From: Mobula hypostoma
Taxonomy: Eukaryota
Direction: 5' to 3'
Length of the DNA: 64,000 nt
NCBI RefSeq assembly: GCF_963921235.1
Contig: NC_086108.1
Span: 33,110,001 to 33,174,000 of the forward strand
In this document: positions 35,569 to 47,508 of the stretch, piece after piece
How the letters are laid out: every line of letters begins with the position of its first letter
How positions within the stretch are numbered: position 1 is the first letter of the stretch
The notes under the pieces: generated by a model
The model's input: the letters and a program-made list of their open reading frames with translations, nothing else
Databases searched by the model: none
Told to the model about the DNA's origin: nothing
Translations under genes and position numbers: made by a program

Positions 35569-38500
35569 GAAACCAACTTTAGACTTTGTGGTATATGGGT
35601 ATACAATGATAAGGAAAGATAGAAATCTAGGGGGAGGAGGGGGTTGTGCTATGTTAATCAAGCAAGGTATACCATATAGGGTACTGGAAAAAGGAGATGA
35701 TCATAGTGGTGGAAGTGTGGGAGAGAGGGGAGGGAGTGGTTATAATTAACTACTACAATCCATGTAAAAGGTTGGATTTGGACAGCCTATTAAAGATACA
35801 AGGACAAAACAGACATAAAGTAGTGTGGTGTGCAGATTTCAATGCTCATAGCACAATATGGGGGGATCAGATTACAAATTCAAATGGAAAGGTAATTGAA
35901 GATTTGATGGAAGAAAGGGATTTGGTGTGTATGAATGATGGTAGCGGCACAATGATAGATATAACAACAGGAACTGAGTCAGTGTTGGATATTACGTTAG
36001 TGTCTAATACCTTGGCTGGCATTAGTAACTGGGGAGTTTGGACTGCTTCAACAGTAGGCAGTGATCACTACCCAGTTTTGTGTTCAGTGGGTGAAAGAGT
36101 TGAAGTAAGACCAGGTGACGGAATCCCAAAGTGGGTGTTTGAAAAAGCTGATTGGGGTAAGTTCCAGAAGTTGAGTGAAGAAGGGTTGACAAAGATTGAT
36201 ATTTCTGGAAATGTAGATGAATTAAACAGTCAGGTGACTTAAGCAGTTATCATGGCAGCAGAAGGATCTATACCTAGGAGTAAAAATAGGATGAATAGAA
36301 AACTGGTACCATGGTGGACAGAGGAATGTTGTCAGGCTGTAAAAAACAGAAATAGAGCATTCAGGCTAGTTAAAAGAACCCATAATATGCAGCATTTGGT
36401 TCAATATAAGAAAGCACAGGCAGTGGTGAGAAGAACTATACGTCAAGCTAAAAGGGCAAGTTGGAGGAGTTTTTGCGACAAGGTAGGAAGAACAACATCT
36501 GTGGGAGAGATATGGGGAATGATTAAGAGGATGGGAGGAGACAGAAGGGATTGGGAATATCCAGTAATGATATCTGAGGAGGAAACTGCAGTCTCCAGTA
36601 GGGATAAGGCTGAGGTCATGGCCAAGTCATTTGTACTGATACACAGTTCAGAAAATTTGTCTGAAGAAGGGAGAAGAAGAAGGGAAAGAATAATGAGCCA
36701 ACACCCAGGTGTGTTAAGCAGGAGGGAAGGAACAGATGATATAATTGATGATCCATTTACATTAGCAGAAATGGTGAGAGCAATAAAGAGATCGAGACCA
36801 ATCTCCCCAGGGAAAGATCTGATATGCTCTGTGATGCTAAAAAATCTAGGAGAAGGAGTGCTCTTGAAGTTGCTGCATTTTTATAACAGAGTGTGGGAGG
36901 AGGGAAGATTACCAAGTGCATGGAAAGAAGCAGTAGTAATTCCAATAAGGAAGCCTGGCAAGGATCTGTCAAAACCCACTAGCTACAGACCAATTGCATT
37001 AACATCAAGTATATGTAAGATAATGGAAAGGATGATAACAGAAAGGTTATCATATGAGCTTGAGAAAAGGGGAATGCTGGCAAGTTATCAGAGTGGTTTT
37101 ATAAAGGGAAGGAATTCCATGGACTCAGTGATTATGTTAGAGACTGAAATAAGGAAGGCCCAGGCAAATAGAGAATCAATAGTGGCAGTGTTCTTTGACA
37201 TTGAAAAAGCCTATGATATGATGTGGAAGGAAGGATTATTAATTAAACTGCACAAGATGGGGGTTGGTGGGGGAGTCTTTACTTGGATTAAAGATTTTTT
37301 GTTTGGTAGAAAAATTCAAGTTCGGATTGGATCAGAATTATCAAAACAGTACATAGTGGAAAATGGCACACCTCAAGGTAGTGTGATTAGCCCGTTACTT
37401 TTCATCATTATGATCAATGATGTCTTCACAAAGGTACCAGTGGATATAGGTAGGTCACTGTTTGCGGATGATGGGGCCTTGTGGAAAAGAGGCAGGAACA
37501 TGGACCATATAATCAGGAAACTACAAGAAGCAATTGATGAAGTGGTGGAGTGGGGTTATGATTGGGGATGTAGATTTTCAGTAGATAGAACTCAAACTGT
37601 ATTTTTTACCAGGAAAAGGGTTGAGGTAGGGAAGAAGTTAAGAATGTATGGGGTTGAATTAGAAAGGGTTGCATCATTTAAATTTCTGGGAGTTATATTT
37701 GATTCACGATTAACATGGGCAGACCATACCAGAAAAGTCGAGGAGAAATGTAAAAAAGTAATAAATGTGATGAGATGTTTGACTGGTAGGGAATAGGGAG
37801 CAAGTTGTTCAGCTTTGAAGAGAATGTATGTGGCTTTAGTGAGATCTGTATTGGATTATGGAAATATAGTATATGGATCAGCAGCTAGGTCTCTTATAAG
37901 GAAACTGGATGTGATTCAGGCTCAGGCCTTGAGAGTGTGCAGTGGGGCTTTTAAAACATCACCAGTGTCAGCCCTACAGGTAGAAATGGGAATAATGCCT
38001 TTGGAACTAAGAAGGATGCAACTGATGGCAAACTACTGGGCTAACTTGCAGGGGCACAATGATTCTCACCCTACTAAAGGAGTGTTGCAGGAGTGCTGGG
38101 AAAATGGGAGGTTTCAGAGGGATACCTTTAGTCGGGTAGGGAATGATATTGCGAAAGAATGTGGAGTATTTGATCTGAGAATAAGTCCTTCAGTAGTTTA
38201 TCCGGTTGTAGCTCCATGGAAGCTTTTATGGCCTGACATAGACTGGCATTTGTTAGAGGTAAAAGGGAAAGAAAGATATAAAACAGATTTGGTAAATGCA
38301 TTTAACTGTCATGTGATGGAAAAGTATAGTGATTATACTCACATTTATACGGATGGTGCGAAGGAACCTGAAACAGGAGTGACAGGGTTTGGGGTGGTAA
38401 TACCAGCAAAAGAAATTGGAATCAGCAGAAGAACATCTAATAAGTTAGGGGTGTTTACAGTGGAGATGCTGGCAGTGTTGGTTGCGTTGCAATGGGTGCA

Positions 38501-39417
38501 GAAAGCCAGACAAGCCAAAGCATTGATATGTTCAGATTCATCCTCAGTTCTAGCAAGTTTAAGGTCTTTTCACACAAACAGTCGGCAAGATGTACTTTAT
38601 GAAGTCCTTCAGTTAGTTACAAGAATTGCAAATCAGGGAGGTCAGGTAAAATTTCTATGGGTTCCAGCACATGTAGGGGTGAAGGGGAATGAGAGGGTGG
38701 ATGAGTTGGCAAAGAAAGAAAATGTAGAAATGCACATTAGTATCAGTAAAGCAGAGGTTAAGTGTGTAATCTGGGAAAAAGTCAACCGAATGTGGCAAGA
38801 AAGATGGGACAGGGAGGGGAAAGGGAGGCATTTATATCAAATACAAAAGAGTGTTGCAGTTACTAGGGTAGGTAATGGAAACAGAAGAGAGGAAATTGTG
38901 TGGACTAGGTTAAGGCTGGGGCACTGTGCATTAAACAAAACATTGAAAATGATAGGGAAACACCAGACAGGATTGTGTGAGGAATGTCAGGAAGAGGAGT
39001 CAGTAGAACATGTAGTTTTGTGTTGCAGGAAGTATGGGATACAGAGAGAGATGATGAGAAATAAATTAAGGGAGTTGAGGATGCAGGAATTCACATTAAA
39101 AGGGTTGCGGGGCATGGGTGAGAGAGCACAAGTCCGGGTATTTTTAGCGTTTTTAAGGGGTACAGGGGTTTTTTATAGAATATGACGAATAAACAGGAAT
39201 AGGATACTAGGATGGTCAAAGATGGGAGGGTGAAGTGTAGGTTTGTGTGTGTGTGTGATTGGGTGAAGGGATTTAGAATGTATGTCTAGTGCACATTCTG
39301 GAGCAGAGGGTGGCGGTAATGCACCATTAAGCTGGATGCCAACCGCCGTAAAACAAGATACAGACAGACATACCATGAAGCTGGGTGCCAACCGCCATAA
39401 GACAAGAAGAAGAAGAC
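35569..39417 (+). mobile_element. Nimb/I-group non-LTR retrotransposon, 5'-truncated, young
   Basis: APE-RT-RNase H-CCHC ORF2, a 3' UTR stem-loop and a (GAA)n tail. Confidence 0.92.
35697..39185 (+). pseudogene. ORF2 polyprotein (endonuclease, RT, RNase H, zinc knuckle) with two in-frame stops
   Basis: Three ORFs share one frame, split by TAA 36240-36242 and TAG 37794-37796. Motifs: ADFNAH, GSDHYP, YRPIALTS, FDIEKAYD, PQGSVISP, LFADD, YTDGAK, CSDS, WVPAHVGVKGNERVD, CEECQEEESVEHVVLCC. Confidence 0.93.
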
Positions 39418-39829
39418 GTACCACAAATGATGATGATGTCTCCTCGTAGGGTGACAAAACACTGGCAAATGGATTACCAAGGTCGGAGAACAACCCAACC
39501 CAACCATCAACCACCCAAGCTACACATTTCCCAAGTTATTTCTACCTTCAGTCTCAGTAAGCTGGGGTAATGTTTATCAGTACATAGAATTCATAGCATA
39601 GAAATACTACTTCACTCAACTAGTTTAGGCCAAATCACACGAGCCTTTGTTTCCTTCTTCAATTATATCTGCCTGTATACACTCCCACTCCTTCCCTTCC
39701 ATGTTCTCCTTCACTGCATCCATGGTAGTTACCTGAAATACAATGTTTTATGTGAAAGGATGAGTTCCATATTCTGACCTTTTTTTGAGTAAATATATTC
39801 CCAGTTTGGATTTATTCATTGAATGTCAT

Positions 39830-39982
39830 AAATAGAAACATAGAAAATAGGTGCAGAAGTAGGCCATTCGGCCCTTAGAGCCTGCACCGCCATTCAGTAT
39901 GATCATGGCTGATCATCCAACAAAGACCTGTACCAGCCTTCCCCCCATACCCCCGATCCCTTTAGCCACAAGGGCCATATCA
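39830..39982 (-). mobile_element. CR1 3' tail fragment
   Basis: catagaaaataggtgcagaagtaggccattcggccc...gatcatggctgatc. Confidence 0.75.
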
Positions 39983-40289
39983 ATGTATTGATATATTGAG
40001 AGTCACTGCAATAAAAACAACTTTCTGGTAACTGATATGTCACAGAGAAACACTGTGGACATGTTGTTTGGTAATGGGATTTTACAATCGAAGAGATTAG
40101 ATTTGAGCCACATTCAAACACTTCAGACAATAATCTCTGTTTTCCTTCACTTGTGCTAAAGAGACTCATATTGGCTGCAATATTATATAATCCTGCACTA
40201 CCTGTGTTGTGTATGATGCTTCCTTGCATAACTAGTTCATCTATAATTGTGACCGAGAGTGCTTTTCATTGGTTAAAGGGAACCAAACT

Positions 40290-40409
40290 GGAATTTTCTT
40301 CTGCCACTGGGGCACTGATTGCAGTCCACCTTCTGCAGTACTGTATCTCCGGAATTTTCTTCTGCCGCTAGGGCACTGATTGCAGTCCACCTTCTGCAGT
40401 ACTGTCTCT
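40290..40409. repeat. Tandem duplication, two copies of a 61-bp unit
   Basis: ggaattttcttctgcc...ctgcagtactgt repeated at 40290 and 40351 with about 3 mismatches. Confidence 0.95.
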
Positions 40410-40811
40410 GCTGTTATGACATTTTACCGGGTGGAAAATTCCTTTCGGAGTTTAAGATTAAGCAATGTCATTTTCCTTTCTATAAATTGTGAATAAGCAC
40501 TGGAAGTCATTGTTGTTACACGTGGGATAAATGCTACAACTCTAATGATTACGATAGGCAAAAGCAGCAGAAATGAGAGACAGGCAGAATGAACTGATGT
40601 CAATCAAAAAGCTGATTGACCTTCACCTGAATAAAGTCATGGAAGGTTTGTTTTTAAGAGGTTTATTCTTCATGTATTTGTGAAAAATGTATCTCAACCC
40701 TTGTATTTAAAATGTCTTTATAGCATTTGCAGATTCCCAAGTCAAGTTTTTACTGAATTAAACCTTTGCTATCCAACAATCTCTCTCGTGCAGTGAGATT
40801 GTTGCTTGCGA

Positions 40812-41960
40812 GGCCAGCATTTATTGCTCATCACTAATTACCCTTGAGGAAGAGGCGGTGAATCCTTCTGGTGAGGGGATTCTCACAGCGCTGTTGGGCA
40901 AGGAATCCCAGCATGTAGCAATGAAAAGGAATGGTGCTATACTTCCAAGTTTGGGAGGTGGAGGGTAGGGTGGACACCTGCATTCAGATGTGCCTGCTGC
41001 TTTTGTTTTCGTTGGTGGCACAGGTCACAAATTAGGAGGTGCTATCGGAATAGATCCAGTGTAACCAATTGCAAGGCAATTGCAAATAGCGTGCATTGAA
41101 ACCTTTGTGTGTGTCTATGTATGTGTGTGGTAAGGGAACAAGTATTGAGAATGGAAGAACGCATCATGTCCTGGATAATGTTAATTTTTTTGAGTGCTTT
41201 GGGAGCTATCTTCTGGGCCAAGTGGCTAACATTCAACCATTCTCCCGATATGATGGTGGAAAGACTTCGGATTGATTGATTTATCATTTTATTTCTGTCT
41301 CTCCCTATCTATCTATTTATTTGTTTGTTTGTTTATCTATTTATTTATTGAGATACAACATGGAATAGGACCTTCCGGCCCTTTGAGCCACACCGCCCAG
41401 CAAACCCCCGATTTAATCCTAGCCTAATCCTGGGACAATTTACAATGACCTACCAACTGGTACACCTTTAGACTGTGGGAGGAAACCAGGAGCACCCAGA
41501 GGAAACCCATGCGGTCACAGGGAGAACATGCAAAATCTTTACAGGCAGCAGAGGGAATTCTCAGGAGGTAAGTCACTAGTCACTAACTGCAGGAGATCTT
41601 GACACTGAACTACTCTTAAATGGCTGAGCTACTTGATTTTTTGGTCACTGGTGACTCACATCCAGCCCCTCCCCCCCCCCCGGCAGGATATGAGTGGCTT
41701 GTCTTTGGAAATAACATTGCATGTCAAACGTAGGTTATCAGACTTTCACTTAACATAAACAATTATTACTGTGGTGCAAAGGTTTCCGATCACTTTTCAG
41801 TTCATGTCTGCTTTTGCTTCTGCTGCAATTACCCAGGAAGTTGCAAAATTCAATGTTGACCATTGTGTAATCATCAGTGAAGTTTCCCCCTTCTGCCCAT
41901 GGTCCCTGAAGAGCAGCTGAAGCTGGTTGGAACTAGGACACTGCTCTGAGGGAGTCTTGA
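40812..41960 (-). mobile_element. Old L2/CR1-superfamily LINE relic with a nested V-SINE (about 41340-41560)
   Basis: RT remnant PQSSVLVPT near 41925-41955 on the minus strand; SINE V-domain gtgggaggaaaccaggagcaccc. Confidence 0.6.
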
Positions 41961-41961
41961 A

Positions 41962-43472
41962 CTAATGTATTCACTATGGAAAAGGACCTTGGTGATTGTA
42001 GGGATGACTTACATTGGACTGAAAAGCTTGAGCATATAGACATTAAGAAAGAGGACATGCTGGAGTTTTTGGAAAGTATCAAATTGGTTAATTCACCAGG
42101 ACCGGATGAGATATACCCCAGACTACTGTGGGAGGTGAGGGAGGAGATTGCTGAGCCTCTGGCAATAATCTTTGCATTATCAATGGGGATGGGAGCGGTT
42201 CCAGAGGATTGGCGGGATGCAGATGTTGTTCCCTTATTCAAGAAAGGGAGTAGAGATAGCCCAGGAATTTATAGACCAGCGAGTCTTACTTCAGTGGTTG
42301 GTAAGCTGTTGGAGAAGATCCTGAGAGCCAGGATTTATGAACATTTGGAAGGGCATAATATGATTAGGAATAGTCAGCATGGCTTTGTCGAAGGCAGGTC
42401 ATGCCTTACAAGACTGATTGAATTTTTTGAAGGCAAAGAGTGGTTGTAGATGGGTCATATTCTGCATGGAGGTCAGTGACCAGTGGTGTGCCTCAAGGAT
42501 CTGTTCTGGGACCCCTTCTCTTCGTGATTTTTATAAATGACCTGGATGAGGAAGTGAAGAAATGGGTTAGTAAATTTGCTGATGACACAAAGGTTGGGGG
42601 TGTTGTGGATAGTGTGGAGGGCTGTCAGAGGTTACAGCAGGACATCGATAGGATGCAAAACTGGGCTGAGAAGTGGCAGATGGAGTTAAACCCAGATAGG
42701 TGTGAGGTGGTTCATTTTGGGAGGTCAAATATGATGGCAGAATATAGTATTAATGGTAAGGCTCTTGGCAGTGTGGAGGATCAGAGGGATCTTGGGGTCC
42801 GAGTCCATAGGACACTCAAAGCTGCTGTGCAGGTTGACTGTGTGGTTAAGAAGGTGTATGGTGCATTGGCCTTCATCAACCATGGGATTGAATTTAAGAG
42901 CTGAGAGGTAATGTTACAGCTGTATAGGACCTTGGTCAGACCCCACTTGGAGTAATGTGTTCAGTTCTGGTCACCTCACTACAGGAAGGATGTGGAAACT
43001 ATAGAAAAGGTGCAGAGGAGATCTACAAGGATGTTGCCTGGATTGGGGAGCATGCCTTATGAGAATAAGTTGAGTGAACTTGGCCTTTTCTCCTTGGAGT
43101 GGCGGAGGATGAGAGGTAACCTGATAGAGGTGTACAAGATGATGAGAGGCATTGATCGTGTGGATAGTCAGAGTCTTTTTACCAGGGCTGAAATGGCTGA
43201 CGCAATAGGGCACAGTTTTAAGGCACTTGGAAGTAGATACAGAGGAAATGTCAGGGGTAAGTTTTTTTACACATAGAGTGGTGAGTGCGTGGAATGAGCT
43301 ACCAGCGACAGTGGTGGAGATGGTTGCAATAGGGTCTTTTAAGAGACTCTTGGATAGGTACATGGAGCTTAGAAAAATAGAAGGCTATGGGTAACCCTAG
43401 GTAATTTCTAAAATAAGTACATGTTGGCAAGGCATTGTGGGCCGAAAGGCTGTAGGTTTTCTATGTTTCTAT
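41962..43472 (+). mobile_element. CR1 LINE, 5'-truncated, with an internal deletion near 42432
   Basis: [30 protein letters not shown]; tail ttctatgtttctatg; same family as 4991-7570. Confidence 0.95.
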
Positions 43473-43617
43473 GATGTCATTGAGTTGTGATATAAACCAG
43501 CAACTAATATGGGTGAAGAAAGAGGAATTTACTTTTATTTAAACAATTAAACATCATGTTAAAGCTCTACCTTTAAGATTAGTCAGCTCCAGGCACACTA
43601 AATTTTGATTCAGCACC

Positions 43618-43869
43618 TTTTGTGTATTTAATATTTTAGTAATATTTGAGTAATATTGTAAATGCATTGTTTGATTAGGCATCCTTTGTTGTTTACATAA
43701 TGCATGATGGATTATATGTAAAAGTATGTAAATGGCATGTGGTATTATGCCACCGTGTCATATGTGCGCACCTCACTAAAAGTGAAAACAAACTGTGTAC
43801 ACACTTGTCCTGGTCTCCCTGTGTTTTTCTTTGGATTAGTTTTAGGTTTTGGAGTTACAAAGCATAACA
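43618..43869 (+). mobile_element. Solo LTR related to the Mag-like element at 27588
   Basis: 5-bp TSD GCACC at 43613-43617 and 43870-43874; ends ...ATAACA; homologous to 27588-27785. Confidence 0.8.
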
Positions 43870-44439
43870 GCACCTACTTTTTGTAAGCACATATGCCTTA
43901 CAAGATGGCTGAGATCCACCAATGGCATCTTCATTTTGGAGACATTGCACAACCTTGCGGCATTTTTCATCATTATGAAACCCAAATCAATATTATTGCA
44001 ACCAAGAATTCTCAAGTTCTAGGCCATGAGTCACATTTGACCTGTGCTGAACTCCTCCTGCTATGGCCCCCTTTGGAAGGAGAGGTGCTGATTTTCCACC
44101 ACATTCAAGAATCAAGGAAGTCTGCACACCTAAAGGGGTCATCCCACTTAGGGGCATGTGCCACTGCCAAACGTGGAAGAATGAGTGGAGATAAAGACAA
44201 TTGTTTTGTTTTCAGTAGAAACTCAATAAGTTGGTCAGATAGCTGATCTGGGAGGTATCAAGCTGCTGCTTGAACAAATGATTTGGAAAATTGACATGCT
44301 GACGTGGTGTTGGGACTGGTCGGGAATTGAAAATAGATATGTGGAAGAATATGATTGACTTCAGCTCAAAGCAGTGGCCATTGTGCGGTCATGTGGCACC
44401 AAGCTAGGCCTCAGCTTCCTGTGTGGTGTCAGCAGCTTG

Positions 44440-44595
44440 ACGGGTTCTTGATTAGTAAGGGCATCAAAGGTTATGGGGTGAAGTCAGGCGAATGAGGTTG
44501 AGAGGATAATAAATCACCCATGATGGAATGGCAGAACAGACTCGATGGGCCAAATGGACTAATTTTGCTCCTCTGTCTTATGGCCATGGATCTTA
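44440..44595 (+). mobile_element. CR1 3' tail fragment
   Basis: Matches 22650-22807. Confidence 0.8.
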
Positions 44596-45176
44596 TCTGT
44601 TTTGTAGGCATGGTAGGACTTTGTTGAAGCTACATTCGGCAGTCTTTGCACATCATTTCACATGCACTCGAGCGTTAACAAGAATTTCACTCTGGTTGTC
44701 TCTTGCTCCCACTGGAAAATGGCTGTCTGGCTGGATGTCCCTGATGCAGACTGCGCTTCAGTATTGCACAGAGCTGGACAGCCAGTTCGGGTTCATCTAA
44801 TTACTGTAACTTGGGAAAGGGGTCTCCTGAGCTAAGTAGCAGGGGACTAGGAGAGCCAGTGGATGTTAAGAGAGTTAATGCAATTGAATGTCATTTTTCC
44901 ATCCATACTCAGATTTTGTGATTGTAACAAGCTCAGCTTATGCATTGCTCCAGGGTGATGTGTGTGTGAAAATCGCTATCACAGGAAGCAGTAGAGGTGA
45001 AAAACAGAGATGATTTTAAAGGGAAGATAGTGGAGAAAGGAATTGAAAGAAACACAGACAGTTATCAATGAAGTGAGATGAGATGAATCTTTGTGTATAG
45101 TATAGGCAATCAGGGCCAAATGGCCTTTTTCTCTGTTAATTTTATGATTCAATTCTTGTTCTAGGTAGGCACAGCA

Positions 45177-45190
45177 CTGCCATCTGCTGG
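45177..45190 (-). promoter_or_regulatory. Candidate CTCF site
   Basis: Minus strand CCAGCAGATGGCAG matches the CTCF core consensus CCASYAGRKGGCRS. Confidence 0.4.
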
Positions 45191-45264
45191 TGTGTCCGGT
45201 CATTGTCCATTCTGCACTAAACTTAAGTATCCTATTCATTTTAATAGCTATCCTATTTACATTC

Positions 45265-45620
45265 TGGGTGGCGGCAGGGTGGAGACACATCTCTACCAAA
45301 GGAGGTGTAAAGAGCTCCTTCCATCTGCTGGCCTTCATGTCACCATTGGGCAAGGTGTAGCACCTGCTTAGCCCCCGGAACGGGCTCACATGAAGCCATG
45401 GGAACAGGTGGTGCATATAACAAATCCTGGTTATACGACCACTGATGCCAGGCAGACAATCTCTGGAGGGTATTGATAATGGCTGGGGTTAACCTGTATT
45501 TTGAAGACATTGTCCAGAAGAAGGCAATGGCAAACCACTTCTGTATTAAAATTTGCCAAGAACAATCATGGTCATATGTTCACTACGTCATATGACACGG
45601 CTCATAATGATGATGATAAT
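45265..45620 (+). mobile_element. RTE-related non-autonomous SINE-like element
   Basis: gaaggcaatggcaaaccacttctgta...ttgccaagaa motif and (ATG)n tail; second copy at 14446-14805. Confidence 0.7.
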
Positions 45621-45929
45621 CAGTATTTTGCCTTGGATACGATGTTCTTAAAAATACAGAAACCTTGCCCTAAATTCTGGAAAGACAGGAGCCTTTTATT
45701 CCCATCACAACCAGTTCTTTTAGTGGTGCTGAGGTGGAGCTGGGTATTTTATGCCAGTGTACATTTGGAAACCCGCACTGTGTTTTTAAGACCATGTTGC
45801 CAACGGACACAACGGAGATAAAAGCCATCTGCACCGAATCAGAAGAGTTGCAATCTTGGTGCCATAAGGCATCGGAGCAGAAATAGGCCATTCGATCCAT
45901 CGAGTCTGCTCTGCCACTCACATGGATTT

Positions 45930-46130
45930 CCACTGGCAGCCTCTCGTCTCCTCCCACAGTTTAAAGATGTGTGGTTAGGGTTAGTAAGTTGTAGGCATGC
46001 TATGTTGGTGCAGGAAGTGTTGAGACGTTTAGGGGCTGCCCAGCTCATCCCTTGTTGATTGGATTTGATGCGAACAATGTATTTCACTGTGTGTTTCAAT
46101 GTACATGTGAGAAATAAAGCTAGCCTTTAA
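45930..46130 (+). mobile_element. Truncated V-SINE-like element with a Rex1-like tail
   Basis: tcctcccacagtttaaaga V-domain remnant; ends gtacatgtgagaaataaagct. Confidence 0.5.
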
Positions 46131-46137
46131 TTTCTCT

Positions 46138-47043
46138 AACTTCACCTCAGACTTCAACTACTGCACAGAGTCCTGTCATCTTCGGAAGTTTTCGGATGAC
46201 TCTGCTATAGTTGGATGCATTAGCAAGGGAGATGAGGCTGAGTACAGGGCTACGGTAGGAAACTTTGTCACATGGTGTGAGCAGAATTATCTGCAGCTTA
46301 ATGTGAAAAAGACTAAGGAGACGGTGGTAGACCTGAGGAGAACTAAGGTACCGATGACCCCTGTTTCCATCCAGGGGGTCAGTGTGGACATGGTGGGGGA
46401 TTACAAATACCTGGGGATACGAATTGACAATAAACTGGACTCGTCAAAGAACACCGAGGCTGTCTACAAGATGGGTCAGAGCCGTCTCTACTTCCTGAGG
46501 AGACTGAGGTCCTTTAACATCTGCCGGACGATGCTGAGGATGTTCTACAAGTCTGTGGTGGCCAGTGCGATCATGTTTGCTGTTGTGTGCTGGGGCAGCA
46601 GGCTGAGGGTAGCAGACACCAATAGAATCAACAAACTCATTCGTAAGGCCAGTGATGTTGTGGGGATGGAACTGGACTCTCTGACGGTGGTGTCTGAAAA
46701 GTGGATGCTGTCTAAGTTGCATGCCATCTTGGACAATGCCTCCCATCCACTACATAATGTACTGGTTGGGCACAGGAGTACATTCAGCCAGAGACTCATT
46801 CCACCGAGATGCAACAAAAAGCGTCATAGGAAGTCATTCCTGCCTGTGGCCATCAAACTTTACAACTCCTCCCTTGGAGGTTCAGACACCCTGAGCCAAT
46901 ACGCTGGTCCTGGACTTATTTCCTGGCATAACTTACATATTACTATTTAATTATTTACAGTTTTATTACTATTTAATTATTTATGGTGCAACTGTAACGA
47001 AAACCAATTTCCCCTGGGATCAATAACGTATGACTATGACTAT
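46138..47043 (+). mobile_element. Rex1/Babar LINE 3' part, fairly young
   Basis: KFSDDSAIVG, KTKETVVD, YKYLG, SRLYFLRRLRSF...SFLPVAIKLYN; (TATGAC)n tail. Confidence 0.92.
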
Positions 47044-47508
47044 TTTGTGAAGTGAACAAACAAAAATGAACTGATCTGCTGCTTGCAGAACTACATCAGG
47101 ACGTGGGGAACTCCCCCCAAGCTATTACACGCAAATATAATTGGTAACCACTCCATTTTCTGGTGGTGCAAAGCTTTCTTTAACCAGCTGACAGTGCTCA
47201 CTTCTCCCTAATTTACACTTCCTCAGCCACAAGGATAGTCCCAGTAATCAGGCAATTACAGCAACTGGCAGTATGTTTCTGCCCCGTTTGCTGTTGGAAT
47301 CCACCCTTCAACAAAATCAGGATAAATTTGACATCAGTAGGAGTTAATGTAAATATCCCTGACCCTCCCTGGGTTCTCCTCCGAAGTATTGTTGTGCAAA
47401 ATAAATGTGTTATTTGCCTGTGAAACCACTGAAACCATGATGGTGGGTGGAGGGAAGCCCCTGCTGACTAAATAGAATAAATCATTGACGATCCTTGGCC
47501 ATTGGAAG

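Larger units (their letters stand above)
35080..39530 (+). mobile_element. Penelope (Poseidon-like) fragment split by a CR1 tail and a Nimb LINE
   Basis: GIY-YIG remnant KYYISQTGRKLSTRIHEH...HKFNWASVKV...AREFLE...NSVNRHVDLNLIY. The pLTR continues after 39417 with a decayed hammerhead (atgatga-tgtctcc...gggtgac-aaaac). Confidence 0.8.
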
